Below, piece after piece: positions 20,367-28,998 of a DNA stretch of 64,000 bases. Each line of letters starts with the position of its first letter. Position 1 is the first letter of the stretch. The DNA is from Escherichia phage ECO07P3. Both the position numbers and the translations under genes were made by a program. The notes under the pieces were generated by a model that had not been told where the DNA came from, did no database searches, and was given only the letters and a program-made list of their open reading frames with translations. The DNA lies in the sequence record OP172786; one strand, written 5' to 3'.

Positions 20367-20396
20367 ATTATACCACATCCTTGTGGCAAAGTAAAC
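20367..20396 (-). promoter_or_regulatory. T4-type early promoter (GTTTAC-N18-TATAAT) with CCACA-TCCT-TGTGG hairpin in the spacer
   Basis: Minus strand GTTTAC ... TGGTATAATG; the 14-bp inverted repeat 20373-20386 lies inside the spacer. Confidence 0.55.
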
Positions 20397-21424
20397 TAGT
20401 TCAGTGCATTTAGTGCATTGTTCAGTTTAGAACGTTGCTTTGTCAGATTTTGAACCCTTGACTGAGCTTGTTCTAACACCTTTTCAGCTTCTAGCACTTC
20501 ATTTGTCGCTTTAACGAGTTCATCATCTACTGCCTTAAGAGACTTCTCAATCGCGTCAGCGTGCCATTTTTCTACAGGTTTAAAATTTGAATTTTCAGTA
20601 GGAAGAAAACTCACTTTATTAAGTTTACATGCATCTATATTGCTTGAGCTATACATCCAAAATTTAGGATCGTTTGATGAGTAATTGGATAAATTTAAAT
20701 TTAAGTTATCTTGCACTTCCTGCTTTTTCTCTTGCGTGACTTCGTCCTTTCTCAAAAAATCGTATTTAAATGAAACGATCATATCAAGTTCATACGTTGT
20801 TGTGTCTAATTTAAATCGTTCAAAACGAGGTAAAATCTTAGATTGAACAGCAGCAACAACATCCATATACTTAAATGCTTCTGTCAACTGCGATTTAAGG
20901 CATTCGCAAATTGAAAGAGAATTTTTTGTATTAGGTTTAAAGCTAATTCGTGCAGTTCTGTTATTTTCTTTTAATGGTCTTACTTCCATCTGAAGAGTAT
21001 AACCATCAAATTTCAGGTTCTTTAAGTTAATATCAGAACCTTTCAATCGACTCGCAGTTGATAAAATTTGCTTTAATTGTCTACGGAACAGAGCAATAAA
21101 TCTCCATTCAATACGATAATGATTTGGATTGAAAAATCCAGATGATAAATCGACCTTACTTTGACCAACGCCTTGAACAAATAGAGGATTTTTATAATCA
21201 ATAGTTTTACAGAAATCGGTGAGTTGCTCACGAGCCGTCATTTGTGTAATATACCCCGCTTTACTAAAATTACTCACCCATTCACTGCTATTTAGATACT
21301 TAAAGTGATGAATAACACGATTAACTTTATCAGGGTCTAAATTATTTTCACACAAAAATGTCATAACATCACGAGTATAGCTGGCATTACGAACCATATC
21401 TTCAATTTGAGAACGAGTTTTCAT
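20396..21424 (-). CDS. paralogous coiled-coil protein, family member 3
   Basis: 342 aa; MKTRSQIEDMV..., QMTAREQL, KQILSTASRL; C-terminal coiled coil. Confidence 0.6.
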   Translation of the reverse strand: MKTRSQIEDMVRNASYTRDVMTFLCENNLDPDKVNRVIHHFKYLNSSEWVSNFSKAGYITQMTAREQLTDFCKTIDYKNPLFVQGVGQSKVDLSSGFFNPNHYRIEWRFIALFRRQLKQILSTASRLKGSDINLKNLKFDGYTLQMEVRPLKENNRTARISFKPNTKNSLSICECLKSQLTEAFKYMDVVAAVQSKILPRFERFKLDTTTYELDMIVSFKYDFLRKDEVTQEKKQEVQDNLNLNLSNYSSNDPKFWMYSSSNIDACKLNKVSFLPTENSNFKPVEKWHADAIEKSLKAVDDELVKATNEVLEAEKVLEQAQSRVQNLTKQRSKLNNALNALN

Positions 21425-21432
21425 GGTATTCC

Positions 21433-22323
21433 TTAAGATTTAAGTAAATCAACAATTTTAATTAACTTTTCACGCTCAGATTTAGCTTTACTACTCAGTC
21501 CAGATAGTCTGAAAATTTCATCGTCATATTGTTGAATAGAAATATTCAGCTCTTCAATCTGCTTATTAAAATAATCAATTTGTTCAGAATGTTTTTCGTT
21601 ACTACGAACCGATACAGGTTTTGTAGGCAATGTAGTTGAACTGGATTCATCCGGGCGATAAATTAAAATACAATTTGAACCAATAGGGCATTTTGCACCA
21701 GATGAATATTCTAATGTTCCAGCTTCTTTTAAAACTTCAAAAGCTAAACAGAGATGATGCCCCATATTAACATAATCTGTAGAGTGAGCTCTGATGTAAT
21801 AATCATCTCCACGAATACTAAATTTAAAGCATTTAAGGTCTTCTGTATTATTGGTCTTAAAAATCATTTGTTTATCTAGACCTTTAGCTAATCGAGCGCC
21901 CAATGCTAATAATCGTCGTTGATTTTCCCACAAATCCGCAATCATTTGGTCAAATGATAATTTCGGCATTAGTCGACCATAAAGGTCATATCCTTTATTA
22001 TAATTACGAAGGATTTCACTCGCATTAATACGAGACAACGCTCCAATTTTATTAAGGGCTTTCATAATGCGATTAGATAAACTCATTCCAGACCCGGTTG
22101 TTCGCTGCAAATGTTTTTCTAATCCAAATCCAATATCAACTTTAAACTTATCTAAAATTTCTGCATGAACATCTTTGTCGATAACATTCAAATCCAAAGT
22201 TGGGTTAAATCTATGAAAAAATTTATCTGGCTCTCCACGGCGAAGTACAGTCCATTCATTCATCATTTTTTTATTAACTAATGATTTAATTACTACATTG
22301 ACATTATTAATTACTATTGACAT
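21433..22323 (-). CDS. paralogous coiled-coil protein, family member 4 (more divergent)
   Basis: Track start is GTG; ATG at 22323 follows GAGGAAAAT; RRLLALGARLAKGLDKQ block and C-terminal coiled coil. Confidence 0.55.
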   Translation of the reverse strand: MSIVINNVNVVIKSLVNKKMMNEWTVLRRGEPDKFFHRFNPTLDLNVIDKDVHAEILDKFKVDIGFGLEKHLQRTTGSGMSLSNRIMKALNKIGALSRINASEILRNYNKGYDLYGRLMPKLSFDQMIADLWENQRRLLALGARLAKGLDKQMIFKTNNTEDLKCFKFSIRGDDYYIRAHSTDYVNMGHHLCLAFEVLKEAGTLEYSSGAKCPIGSNCILIYRPDESSSTTLPTKPVSVRSNEKHSEQIDYFNKQIEELNISIQQYDDEIFRLSGLSSKAKSEREKLIKIVDLLKS

Positions 22324-22330
22324 ATTTTCC

Positions 22331-22738
22331 TCACTCAATTTCAATTTTACTAAATACACAGAATATGATTGAACAGACTACATAAGCGCCACACACGGAT
22401 TGAACTAATACCATTCCAAAGAACCAAACAATATTATCAAACAGTGTCTGTTTTACGTCGAAAGGACGTAAACTTACAGTAATATTATCACCTTTTTCTA
22501 TTGAAGAATACATCTCTGGGGAAATATATTCACTAAATCTATAACCGTCTTTGAGTTCATATACGGCAATAAACGATAAACTAGACCCTTTTCCTTGTGT
22601 TCCTGTAATGGTATTAACTACAGTAACATCATAATCTTTATAATGCATATAATCATTAATTGCGTAATAACCATATGCAACTACTACACATAAACAACAT
22701 ATCAATAAATTCAATCTTTTAATTATCAACTGTTTCAT
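22331..22738 (-). CDS. membrane protein
   Basis: 135-aa ORF with hydrophobic segments at both ends. Confidence 0.5.
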   Translation of the reverse strand: MKQLIIKRLNLLICCLCVVVAYGYYAINDYMHYKDYDVTVVNTITGTQGKGSSLSFIAVYELKDGYRFSEYISPEMYSSIEKGDNITVSLRPFDVKQTLFDNIVWFFGMVLVQSVCGAYVVCSIIFCVFSKIEIE

Positions 22739-22767
22739 AATAATCTCAATTAAAAGGGCTTAGAACC

Positions 22768-22795
22768 ATTATACCATCCTTGGTATAAAGCGGTT
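22768..22795 (-). promoter_or_regulatory. candidate middle-type promoter (CGCTTTA box about 18 nt upstream of TATAAT) overlapping TTATACCA-TCCT-TGGTATAA hairpin
   Basis: Minus strand ACCGCTTTATACCAAGGATGGTATAATGG; 8-bp inverted repeat 22769-22788. Confidence 0.35.
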
Positions 22796-23321
22796 ATGCG
22801 AGTACCGTCTTTAACCGTTCTTCAAACTTCCGAAGAGTGTTCTGGCGTTCAGCTCTTTGTTTTTTGTAAGTTTCAATACGCTCTGAAATGAGAGTGTATC
22901 GTTCATTTACTGATTCTTTCATAAAATCAGGAATTTCACGAGAAGCTTTAATCTCGTCAAATTTATCAATAACAGCTTGCTCTTCAGCAATTAAGTTATC
23001 ATACATCAAAATATCTTTCTTGATGAACTCAATATCTTCTTGAGTTACACGAGATAATTTAGATGCTTTATCCTTTTTGTACTGTTCGTTAGTATCACGA
23101 GACCAGTGTAATGTACGATTTTTATTCGTATTTTTGTAAATTTCTACAATACCAATCTCATCGATAATAACGATCCAATTCCAACGAGATTTGTAAATTT
23201 GTCCTCCATCAACAGTGATTTCACCTCCGATTGAGATGTCATTAAAGAACTTGCTTTGTGCTTCAGATTTAAATTTACCATCGTTGTAATTTACCAAGTT
23301 GAAAATATCTTTAGCGTTCAT
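22794..23321 (-). CDS. hypothetical protein
   Basis: 175-aa ORF, ATG at 23321 after GGAGGAACACAAA. Confidence 0.55.
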   Translation of the reverse strand: MNAKDIFNLVNYNDGKFKSEAQSKFFNDISIGGEITVDGGQIYKSRWNWIVIIDEIGIVEIYKNTNKNRTLHWSRDTNEQYKKDKASKLSRVTQEDIEFIKKDILMYDNLIAEEQAVIDKFDEIKASREIPDFMKESVNERYTLISERIETYKKQRAERQNTLRKFEERLKTVLA

Positions 23322-23349
23322 TTTGTGTTCCTCCGTAGTTGATAGTTGT

Positions 23350-23379
23350 ATAGTACCACAGAGGAACAGTCTTGTAAAC
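23350..23379 (-). promoter_or_regulatory. T4-type early promoter (GTTTAC-N18-TACTAT)
   Basis: Minus strand GTTTAC AAGACTGTTCCTCTGTGG TACTAT. Confidence 0.55.
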
Positions 23380-23381
23380 CA

Positions 23382-23684
23382 CTAAAAGAAACTTCTTTCA
23401 CAATTTTTTCCACTGAACCATGCGCTCACTGCTTTCTTAGTCTCAGGAGCAGTGTTATCCATAAACCATTCAAAGGCAGCCTTTTTATGATTCTGGAGGG
23501 CTTCTCGGGCTTTAATCTGCTCACGGTCTATTAACACTAACATATGAGCCTTTCTTGTCACCATGGGCTTCTTATGATTTTTTGAATACTCCCAGTCATT
23601 TGTCCATCGCATTGTCGTTGCGAATTGAAATACAGCTTCTTTAATCTTAGTTTCGTAAATTTCACGAGCCTTTGAGTATAACAT
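23382..23684 (-). CDS. hypothetical protein
   Basis: Track ORF trimmed to the ATG at 23684, which follows GGAGGT. Confidence 0.5.
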   Translation of the reverse strand: MLYSKAREIYETKIKEAVFQFATTMRWTNDWEYSKNHKKPMVTRKAHMLVLIDREQIKAREALQNHKKAAFEWFMDNTAPETKKAVSAWFSGKNCERSFF

Positions 23685-23785
23685 CACTACCTCCATTCAC
23701 CAGTTTAATTCTAGTCATCTTTTTGATGGCAGTCCATATAATCTATTTCTGAACTGCCTTTTTGTCATAGAAGTCCTCTTATGAA

Positions 23786-24754
23786 TTATTTCAGAAGAGT
23801 AACCTCAGCAATTTCTTCCCAACCGTTTTTGTCGGTCATAATAAAGTCAGCAAGATAAAGAGCAGTACGCAGTGAAACATTGCGTAAACGATTAACATTG
23901 ACTTTCATCCATGATAATGCTTTATAAGTTTCTTCATCAGAAAGACCGCGCTTTTGCATCATGTCAGTTGAAAGAATAACATCTTCAACCCTGACCATAA
24001 TTTCTTCATTAGTGTGAACACCCAAATCCAAATAAACTGAGCGGGACACCAATGCTTGTAAGTGTGGGGCAAGTTTAGTACCACGGTCTAATTCGCGGTC
24101 AATGTCAACGTTTGTGATAAAAACAATCGTTCCTTTAAATTCAAACTCACGGTCAATGCCTTTTTCTTCTAAGTAAGAAGATGCAGTGCTCCAGCAGACT
24201 TTACGGGTCTCTCCAGTGTCCAGAGCAGCTTTTAGAAGATTAAGAATGTCCATATCAGAGAAAACATCCACATCATCAATCAAAAGGACAGAATTCTCTT
24301 CACGATTATTCCAAAGCTGCTCATAAAGACCAATACCAGAGATTTTACCATTAATGCTTTTATATTCAATGTATCCAATATCATTTGCTTTATTTAAAGC
24401 TTTATCTAAAGAATACGTTTTACCAATACCTGCTGCGCCAGAGATAATCAATGAACGAATATTTCCGTTAATAATACCGTTCGTCATCATTCCCATAACA
24501 TTAAATCTTTTATTAATGCGGGTTTTCATATCTTCATACGATTCTTTAACTTCTTCAACTTTTACACCATCATATGAAATATCTGATTTGTAAACCCAAA
24601 CACCGCGACGTTTACCGTCAATTTCAACAAAAACTTTACCATCTCCTTGTGCATCTACCGGAGCATTATCTGGGAACCATTCTCCTAAGAGCTCAAAAGT
24701 TCCAGAGATTTCTTTACCAAAGTAGATACCCTTATTGATAGTTACAGTTTTCAT
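23786..24754 (-). CDS. P-loop/AAA-type ATPase
   Basis: Walker A GAAGIGKT and Walker B VLLIDDVD; track start is TTG, ATG at 24754 follows GGAGAATAAA. Confidence 0.6.
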   Translation of the reverse strand: MKTVTINKGIYFGKEISGTFELLGEWFPDNAPVDAQGDGKVFVEIDGKRRGVWVYKSDISYDGVKVEEVKESYEDMKTRINKRFNVMGMMTNGIINGNIRSLIISGAAGIGKTYSLDKALNKANDIGYIEYKSINGKISGIGLYEQLWNNREENSVLLIDDVDVFSDMDILNLLKAALDTGETRKVCWSTASSYLEEKGIDREFEFKGTIVFITNVDIDRELDRGTKLAPHLQALVSRSVYLDLGVHTNEEIMVRVEDVILSTDMMQKRGLSDEETYKALSWMKVNVNRLRNVSLRTALYLADFIMTDKNGWEEIAEVTLLK

Positions 24755-24788
24755 TTTATTCTCCAAATCCGTATCAGTTGATAGTTGT

Positions 24789-24818
24789 ATAGTACCATAA
24801 AGCTTTATGCTTGTAAAC
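24789..24818 (-). promoter_or_regulatory. T4-type early promoter (GTTTAC-N18-TACTAT)
   Basis: Same GTTGATAGTTGTATAGTACCA core as the promoters at 23350 and 40418. Confidence 0.55.
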
Positions 24819-24849
24819 CGTTTTGTGAAAAAATTTTTTGAAATAAAAA

Positions 24850-24867
24850 GGGGACCTCTAGGGCCCC
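24850..24867 (-). terminator. GC-rich hairpin (ggggacc tcta gggcccc) flanked by A/T runs
   Basis: Directly downstream of the 24880-25365 ORF; U-run follows on the minus transcript. Confidence 0.5.
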
Positions 24868-24879
24868 CTTTGTGTTGAT

Positions 24880-25365
24880 TTATTCCATTTCTACTATATG
24901 CATGTTCTTTTTGCTATCAAAATATATGTTTTTAACTATTAACTCAGAATTAATTGGCAGTAAAAACTCTCTTTCATAATCTACCATACAAAGATTATCA
25001 TAAAGCTTGTTAAGCTTATCATCGTCAGTTTGGCCAGATTCTTCAATTGCGATTAAATTTTCTAAAATGTCAATCATAGCAGTCGAATAGTCGAAAACGT
25101 TTGCATTTTTTAACACTACTAAAACATTAGTCATATAGCGTTCTGCCGCAAACGTTTCAGCTATATGAGACTCACTGCTAAAGGAAGTTATTCTTTTAAA
25201 TTTGATTCTCCTATTAACTTCAAACTTATAAGATAGCACTTCCTCTATTGTAAGTCCTCTAAAAAGTATGTCTTTAATCTCAAGTTTGTCTTTAATGTAA
25301 TCATTAACACGCTTATGATTAAAATCATTAATTTTGTTGCCAAGGCATTGCATTAAAATATGCAT
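24880..25365 (-). CDS. putative mono-ADP-ribosyltransferase (R / S-x-S / E-x-E motif order); function inferred
   Basis: 161-aa ORF with strong RBS GAGGAGAA; motifs LFRG (R36), ITSFSSES (S61-x-S63) and YEREFLLP (E131-x-E133) in the order and approximate spacing of ModA/ModB-type enzymes. Confidence 0.4.
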   Translation of the reverse strand: MHILMQCLGNKINDFNHKRVNDYIKDKLEIKDILFRGLTIEEVLSYKFEVNRRIKFKRITSFSSESHIAETFAAERYMTNVLVVLKNANVFDYSTAMIDILENLIAIEESGQTDDDKLNKLYDNLCMVDYEREFLLPINSELIVKNIYFDSKKNMHIVEME

Positions 25366-25411
25366 TGTATTCTCCTCAATTTTTAAAGAGCAATTAATTA
25401 ACTACACATAT

Positions 25412-25441
25412 ATTATAATATGCTTTGCGATAGAAGTAAAC
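25412..25441 (-). promoter_or_regulatory. T4-type early promoter (GTTTAC-N18-TATAAT) for the 161-aa ORF
   Basis: Minus strand GTTTAC TTCTATCGCAAAGCATAT TATAAT. Confidence 0.55.
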
Positions 25442-25470
25442 AACTTTGTGACGTCATTTTAAACAAAAAA

Positions 25471-25490
25471 AGGGAGCCCGAAGGCTCCCT
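25471..25490 (-). terminator. UUCG-tetraloop hairpin (RNA AGGGAGCCUUCGGGCUCCCU) followed by U-run
   Basis: Plus agggagcccgaaggctccct preceded by aaacaaaaaaa; directly after the nucleotidyltransferase stop. Confidence 0.65.
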
Positions 25491-25491
25491 A

Positions 25492-26505
25492 TCATTTATA
25501 ATAACTTCGGTGGTTTTCAAGATAAACCCTCTCAAGGAAGTCATCCCAGAAACTCATGTCTACTTTTTGCTGCATACCGTTCTTAGAAGCTTCAATGGAT
25601 GCTGCTTCTACTTGATCGACCACATCTTCCAAAAACTCTTGAACAGTTTTAAATGGATGCTTACCCAACTTCACGTCGAGAATAAATGAAGCATCTTGGA
25701 GTGGATAAACCAAGTCACCAGTTTTGTAAATTTCCAATAGTTGGAGTCCACCACGACAAGCATGACTCAAAGCTTTCCAGTCAATGCCCTCATTCGCTTC
25801 AGCTTTACGGGCGCGTTCACCGTATTCGGCATCAAGTTTATTCAGAGATTGCTTAAGCTCAATAAGAGAAAGTGTTGTCTGATATTTACGACCCAACACA
25901 GTGTAAAACGTTTGTGGACCTGTTTTCTCATGATTATGGAATACCCATTCGCAGAACTCGTTTTCTGGAAGACGATGCTTAATATCTTCAACTTTAGTGC
26001 GACGCTGCTTAATGGAACCGTCTTCTTGGTAATCAACCCACTGGTCAGGGATTTGATTAACTACTTTCAATACATCACGTAATGCAGCCAAACGAGAACC
26101 CTTGACACCATATTTAGAAGCTTGCTTGCGGACATATCCTAAATAAGATTTCATGTTAGTTGTATAAAAACGAGAACGATTGTCTTGGATAAATTTCCAT
26201 ACATCAGGTAAATCAGATTTAACCACTAGCTCAGGTGGAGTGTGAAGCATATCCAATGCTACAGTTTCACCATCTGCTGCTAATTTAAAGAAATACTTAA
26301 GACTATACAATTCGTGGTCAATATCATCTTTAGTGTTTTTAGATGATGTGTTGTTAGTGTTTTTACTCATATGCTCTTTAACATTTCCAATAAGAATATC
26401 GCGAGCAGGAGGAACAAAGATTTCTTTAAAATCTACATCAGATTCTGGAGTAGAAGTTCCATAAAGATGACTACCAAAATAGCTTTTCATTACTGTTTTC
26501 ATCAT
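25492..26505 (-). CDS. predicted pol-beta-superfamily nucleotidyltransferase
   Basis: N-terminal signature YFGSHLYGTSTPESDVDF (GS-x10-DVD) followed by about 280 aa of unknown function; 4-nt overlap with the upstream membrane-protein gene. Confidence 0.55.
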   Translation of the reverse strand: MMKTVMKSYFGSHLYGTSTPESDVDFKEIFVPPARDILIGNVKEHMSKNTNNTSSKNTKDDIDHELYSLKYFFKLAADGETVALDMLHTPPELVVKSDLPDVWKFIQDNRSRFYTTNMKSYLGYVRKQASKYGVKGSRLAALRDVLKVVNQIPDQWVDYQEDGSIKQRRTKVEDIKHRLPENEFCEWVFHNHEKTGPQTFYTVLGRKYQTTLSLIELKQSLNKLDAEYGERARKAEANEGIDWKALSHACRGGLQLLEIYKTGDLVYPLQDASFILDVKLGKHPFKTVQEFLEDVVDQVEAASIEASKNGMQQKVDMSFWDDFLERVYLENHRSYYK

Positions 26506-26963
26506 TCAGCCTTATATTCAATAACAGGACATACTTTAGCTTTACGCGCTTTTAAAAATTCGACGATAATAGATTTCTTTGGTTGAATAGGAGGTAAACC
26601 TTTATACGCCCTATCAATATTTTCTACATGTAAAGCATAATCCTTTTTCCATTTATAATCTTTATATTTTTCATGCAGTTGTGCAGGAATAACAAATGAA
26701 CCAATAATAAGTAAAACAAGCAAAATAGCAAGTATAAATGCTGATGGAATAAGAGTCCATAAACTACCAAAAATAAGCCATTTCTGCATGATTTCTGCGC
26801 AGATGATAGTTAGACCTGCGAGTATAGTACATCCGAAAAAAGAAACGAAAAATGTAGGAATAACAATAGACCAAAAATACTCGCACAGTGTCTTAGGTCG
26901 TTTCCATTCATCATTAAACATTTTGAATAATTTATAGTGCCAAGAGTTTTCATTAATAATCAT
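26502..26963 (-). CDS. membrane protein (two predicted TM helices)
   Basis: 153-aa ORF with hydrophobic segments IVIPTFFVSFFGCTILAGLTIICA and LIPSAFILAILLVLLIIGSFVI. Confidence 0.55.
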   Translation of the reverse strand: MIINENSWHYKLFKMFNDEWKRPKTLCEYFWSIVIPTFFVSFFGCTILAGLTIICAEIMQKWLIFGSLWTLIPSAFILAILLVLLIIGSFVIPAQLHEKYKDYKWKKDYALHVENIDRAYKGLPPIQPKKSIIVEFLKARKAKVCPVIEYKAE

Positions 26964-26965
26964 AA

Positions 26966-27487
26966 TTATCCTTTCATTGAAGGTGTAACAGTTGTTAAAT
27001 ACTTAATCATAGCTTCAGCTTCTGATTTTGATAATGAAATTTCTCCATTGTTTTGACGAATAGAAATAAAATCCGGATGACGGTCACCACCAGCTTTTAA
27101 AACACACATATAAGTATCAGTTTCATCTTCAATATTTGAAATAATTGAAGCAGTTCCGCATGAATGCGGTTTTTGATAAATCAATACGGCTTTTCTTCCA
27201 CCGTTTGACTGTTCATAAACTTTTAACACATCAAACAAATCACTTCTTTTATCAATAGCTAAGATGTTGTTTTCATCTTCAATGTTAAATCCTTCGGATA
27301 CTTCATAAAGCGTCACCCATAAATCACCTATATCGATAGTAGCATTTTCCTTTCCATGACTTTCAAGAGTATGACAAATTTTCTTGATTTCGTCATAACT
27401 CATTTTAATAATATCATCTCCTTGAATAAGGAAGATGTCATTTTTAAATTCAACACGAATTAAACCACTTTCACTTGAAATAAACAT
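26966..27487 (-). CDS. hypothetical protein, paralog A of a tandem pair
   Basis: 173 aa; shares EGFNIEDENNILAID and C-terminal SEAEAMIKYLTTVTPSM with the next ORF. Confidence 0.55.
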   Translation of the reverse strand: MFISSESGLIRVEFKNDIFLIQGDDIIKMSYDEIKKICHTLESHGKENATIDIGDLWVTLYEVSEGFNIEDENNILAIDKRSDLFDVLKVYEQSNGGRKAVLIYQKPHSCGTASIISNIEDETDTYMCVLKAGGDRHPDFISIRQNNGEISLSKSEAEAMIKYLTTVTPSMKG

Positions 27488-27493
27488 ATTTCC

Positions 27494-28051
27494 TCACTTT
27501 GAAATCATAGTTGGAATGACAGAATCAAGATAAGTCTTTAGCGCAATAGCTTCGTCTTTGGTAAATGTGACAATATGTGATCGAAAATCGTCAATTTGGC
27601 GAATAGTTAAGACATCTCCCTCTTCATAACATTTTGATACATTTAAAAGAGTTTCATCATTCTGATTGCAAGCGTTAGTAATAATAGCATTGCAATTTTT
27701 GAGCCATTTTAAACTATGTTTTCTTTCATTAGAATAATAAAAATATTTAATCTTAGCTATAAAATTATCCCAATTATTAATTGATAAGCATATCGACTCG
27801 CTTTCAATATTAAATCCTGGGCATAAAGAATAAAAATGAATTTTATGCTCATCATTAATGCTTACAATTTTATCAGTGTAAGGTTTTTCAATTTGGGTCA
27901 AATGAATAATTTCACTAGGAGTAAAATACAGCATATCGTCTTCTTGCGTCAAACGATACATATTATTTACTTTTTCTATAGCCAATTCACCAAAAAGTGA
28001 ACTAACTTCTAGTACTAATCGTTTCATATTGATTCTCTTCGGCTCACTCAC
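27494..28051 (-). CDS. hypothetical protein, paralog B of a tandem pair
   Basis: 185 aa by track (GTG start; alternative ATG at 28027); PGFNIESESICLSIN and C-terminal TKDEAIALKTYLDSVIPTM. Confidence 0.55.
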   Translation of the reverse strand: MSEPKRINMKRLVLEVSSLFGELAIEKVNNMYRLTQEDDMLYFTPSEIIHLTQIEKPYTDKIVSINDEHKIHFYSLCPGFNIESESICLSINNWDNFIAKIKYFYYSNERKHSLKWLKNCNAIITNACNQNDETLLNVSKCYEEGDVLTIRQIDDFRSHIVTFTKDEAIALKTYLDSVIPTMISK

Positions 28052-28053
28052 AA

Positions 28054-28158
28054 TTACATACTCCTTTGAATAATATCAATAATATTGTTCACCAGATTAT
28101 AAGTAAACATTGGGTAATTATATTGAATCATCACATACACAACAAACAAAACTTTCAT
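28054..28158 (-). CDS. small hydrophobic leader peptide (34 aa), putative
   Basis: Unlisted ORF MKVLFVVYVMIQYNYPMFTYNLVNNIIDIIQRSM after AAGGAG, between the early promoter and paralog B. Confidence 0.25.
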   Translation of the reverse strand: MKVLFVVYVMIQYNYPMFTYNLVNNIIDIIQRSM

Positions 28159-28186
28159 TCTCTTCTCCTTGGCAGTTGGCAAAATT

Positions 28187-28216
28187 ACTATACCATAACC
28201 TTGCCAACTTGTAAAC
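28187..28216 (-). promoter_or_regulatory. T4-type early promoter (GTTTAC-N18-TATAGT) for the nucleotidyltransferase operon
   Basis: Minus strand GTTTAC AAGTTGGCAAGGTTATGG TATAGT. Confidence 0.5.
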
Positions 28217-28381
28217 CATTAAATGACGTTTTCAATAAAATTCTGGAGTTTTGTGTGAGCATCAACCATGATTTTCATTTCTTCCTTTGCGAAAGCTGTA
28301 CCTCTTTCCCGAGAAGAATACTCATAGTCAGAAACTGCATTAGCGTATTCTTCAATTAGCTTCATTAAAAACATCTGCTTT

Positions 28382-28576
28382 TCAGTTTTCATTATTCCAC
28401 CTAATCATTTCAAGATATTGAACTAACTTAGCTTTGGATTTATCCAAATCCTTTTTAGCCGCTTCTATACCATCGTATGAATATCCTTCACAATGCTCAA
28501 CTGCCAATTGGTATGAATCTATTTCAATATCACGTGCTAATTTAATGATTTTTTCAAACTGTTCACGTGTTAGCAT
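28382..28576 (-). CDS. hypothetical small acidic protein
   Basis: 64-aa ORF, ATG at 28576. Confidence 0.45.
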   Translation of the reverse strand: MLTREQFEKIIKLARDIEIDSYQLAVEHCEGYSYDGIEAAKKDLDKSKAKLVQYLEMIRWNNEN

Positions 28577-28578
28577 AC

Positions 28579-28782
28579 TTAAACTCTCGTATTATGATCG
28601 ATAATTTCATCAAGAAACATATCTAAAGCTTCTACAGCATTATCAACTTTAGCTTCAAGTTCTTCAGCGCCTTTATTTGCAATGCCTGCCGAAAACCAAG
28701 CAAAGTCACTAAGTTCCTCGTCTGCTTTGCGAATTAAAGCTACCAATTCTTTAATTTTATCTGCTTGTTCAATACTAATCAT
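28579..28782 (-). CDS. hypothetical small acidic protein
   Basis: Track start is GTG; ATG at 28782 ([13 protein letters not shown]...) overlaps the upstream stop. Confidence 0.45.
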   Translation of the reverse strand: MISIEQADKIKELVALIRKADEELSDFAWFSAGIANKGAEELEAKVDNAVEALDMFLDEIIDHNTRV

Positions 28783-28970
28783 TATTCCACCACATATGAA
28801 AGAGAGAATATTGCACACGCCATATGAGTTGCAGCTTCATCACACATATCATAACGTTTCTTAAGAAGTTCTACAAGCTCTTCACTGGTAACTTCATCCA
28901 TGTCGACGAAAAAATCACCATTAATGATGACGTAGATATTTCCTTCTTGATTAAGTGCTTCAATTTTCAT
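28782..28970 (-). CDS. hypothetical small acidic protein
   Basis: Track ORF trimmed to ATG at 28970 after AGAGGAGAACATC; the longer track ORF would overlap the promoter. Confidence 0.45.
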   Translation of the reverse strand: MKIEALNQEGNIYVIINGDFFVDMDEVTSEELVELLKKRYDMCDEAATHMACAIFSLSYVVE

Positions 28971-28998
28971 GATGTTCTCCTCTTTATCTGATGGTTGT

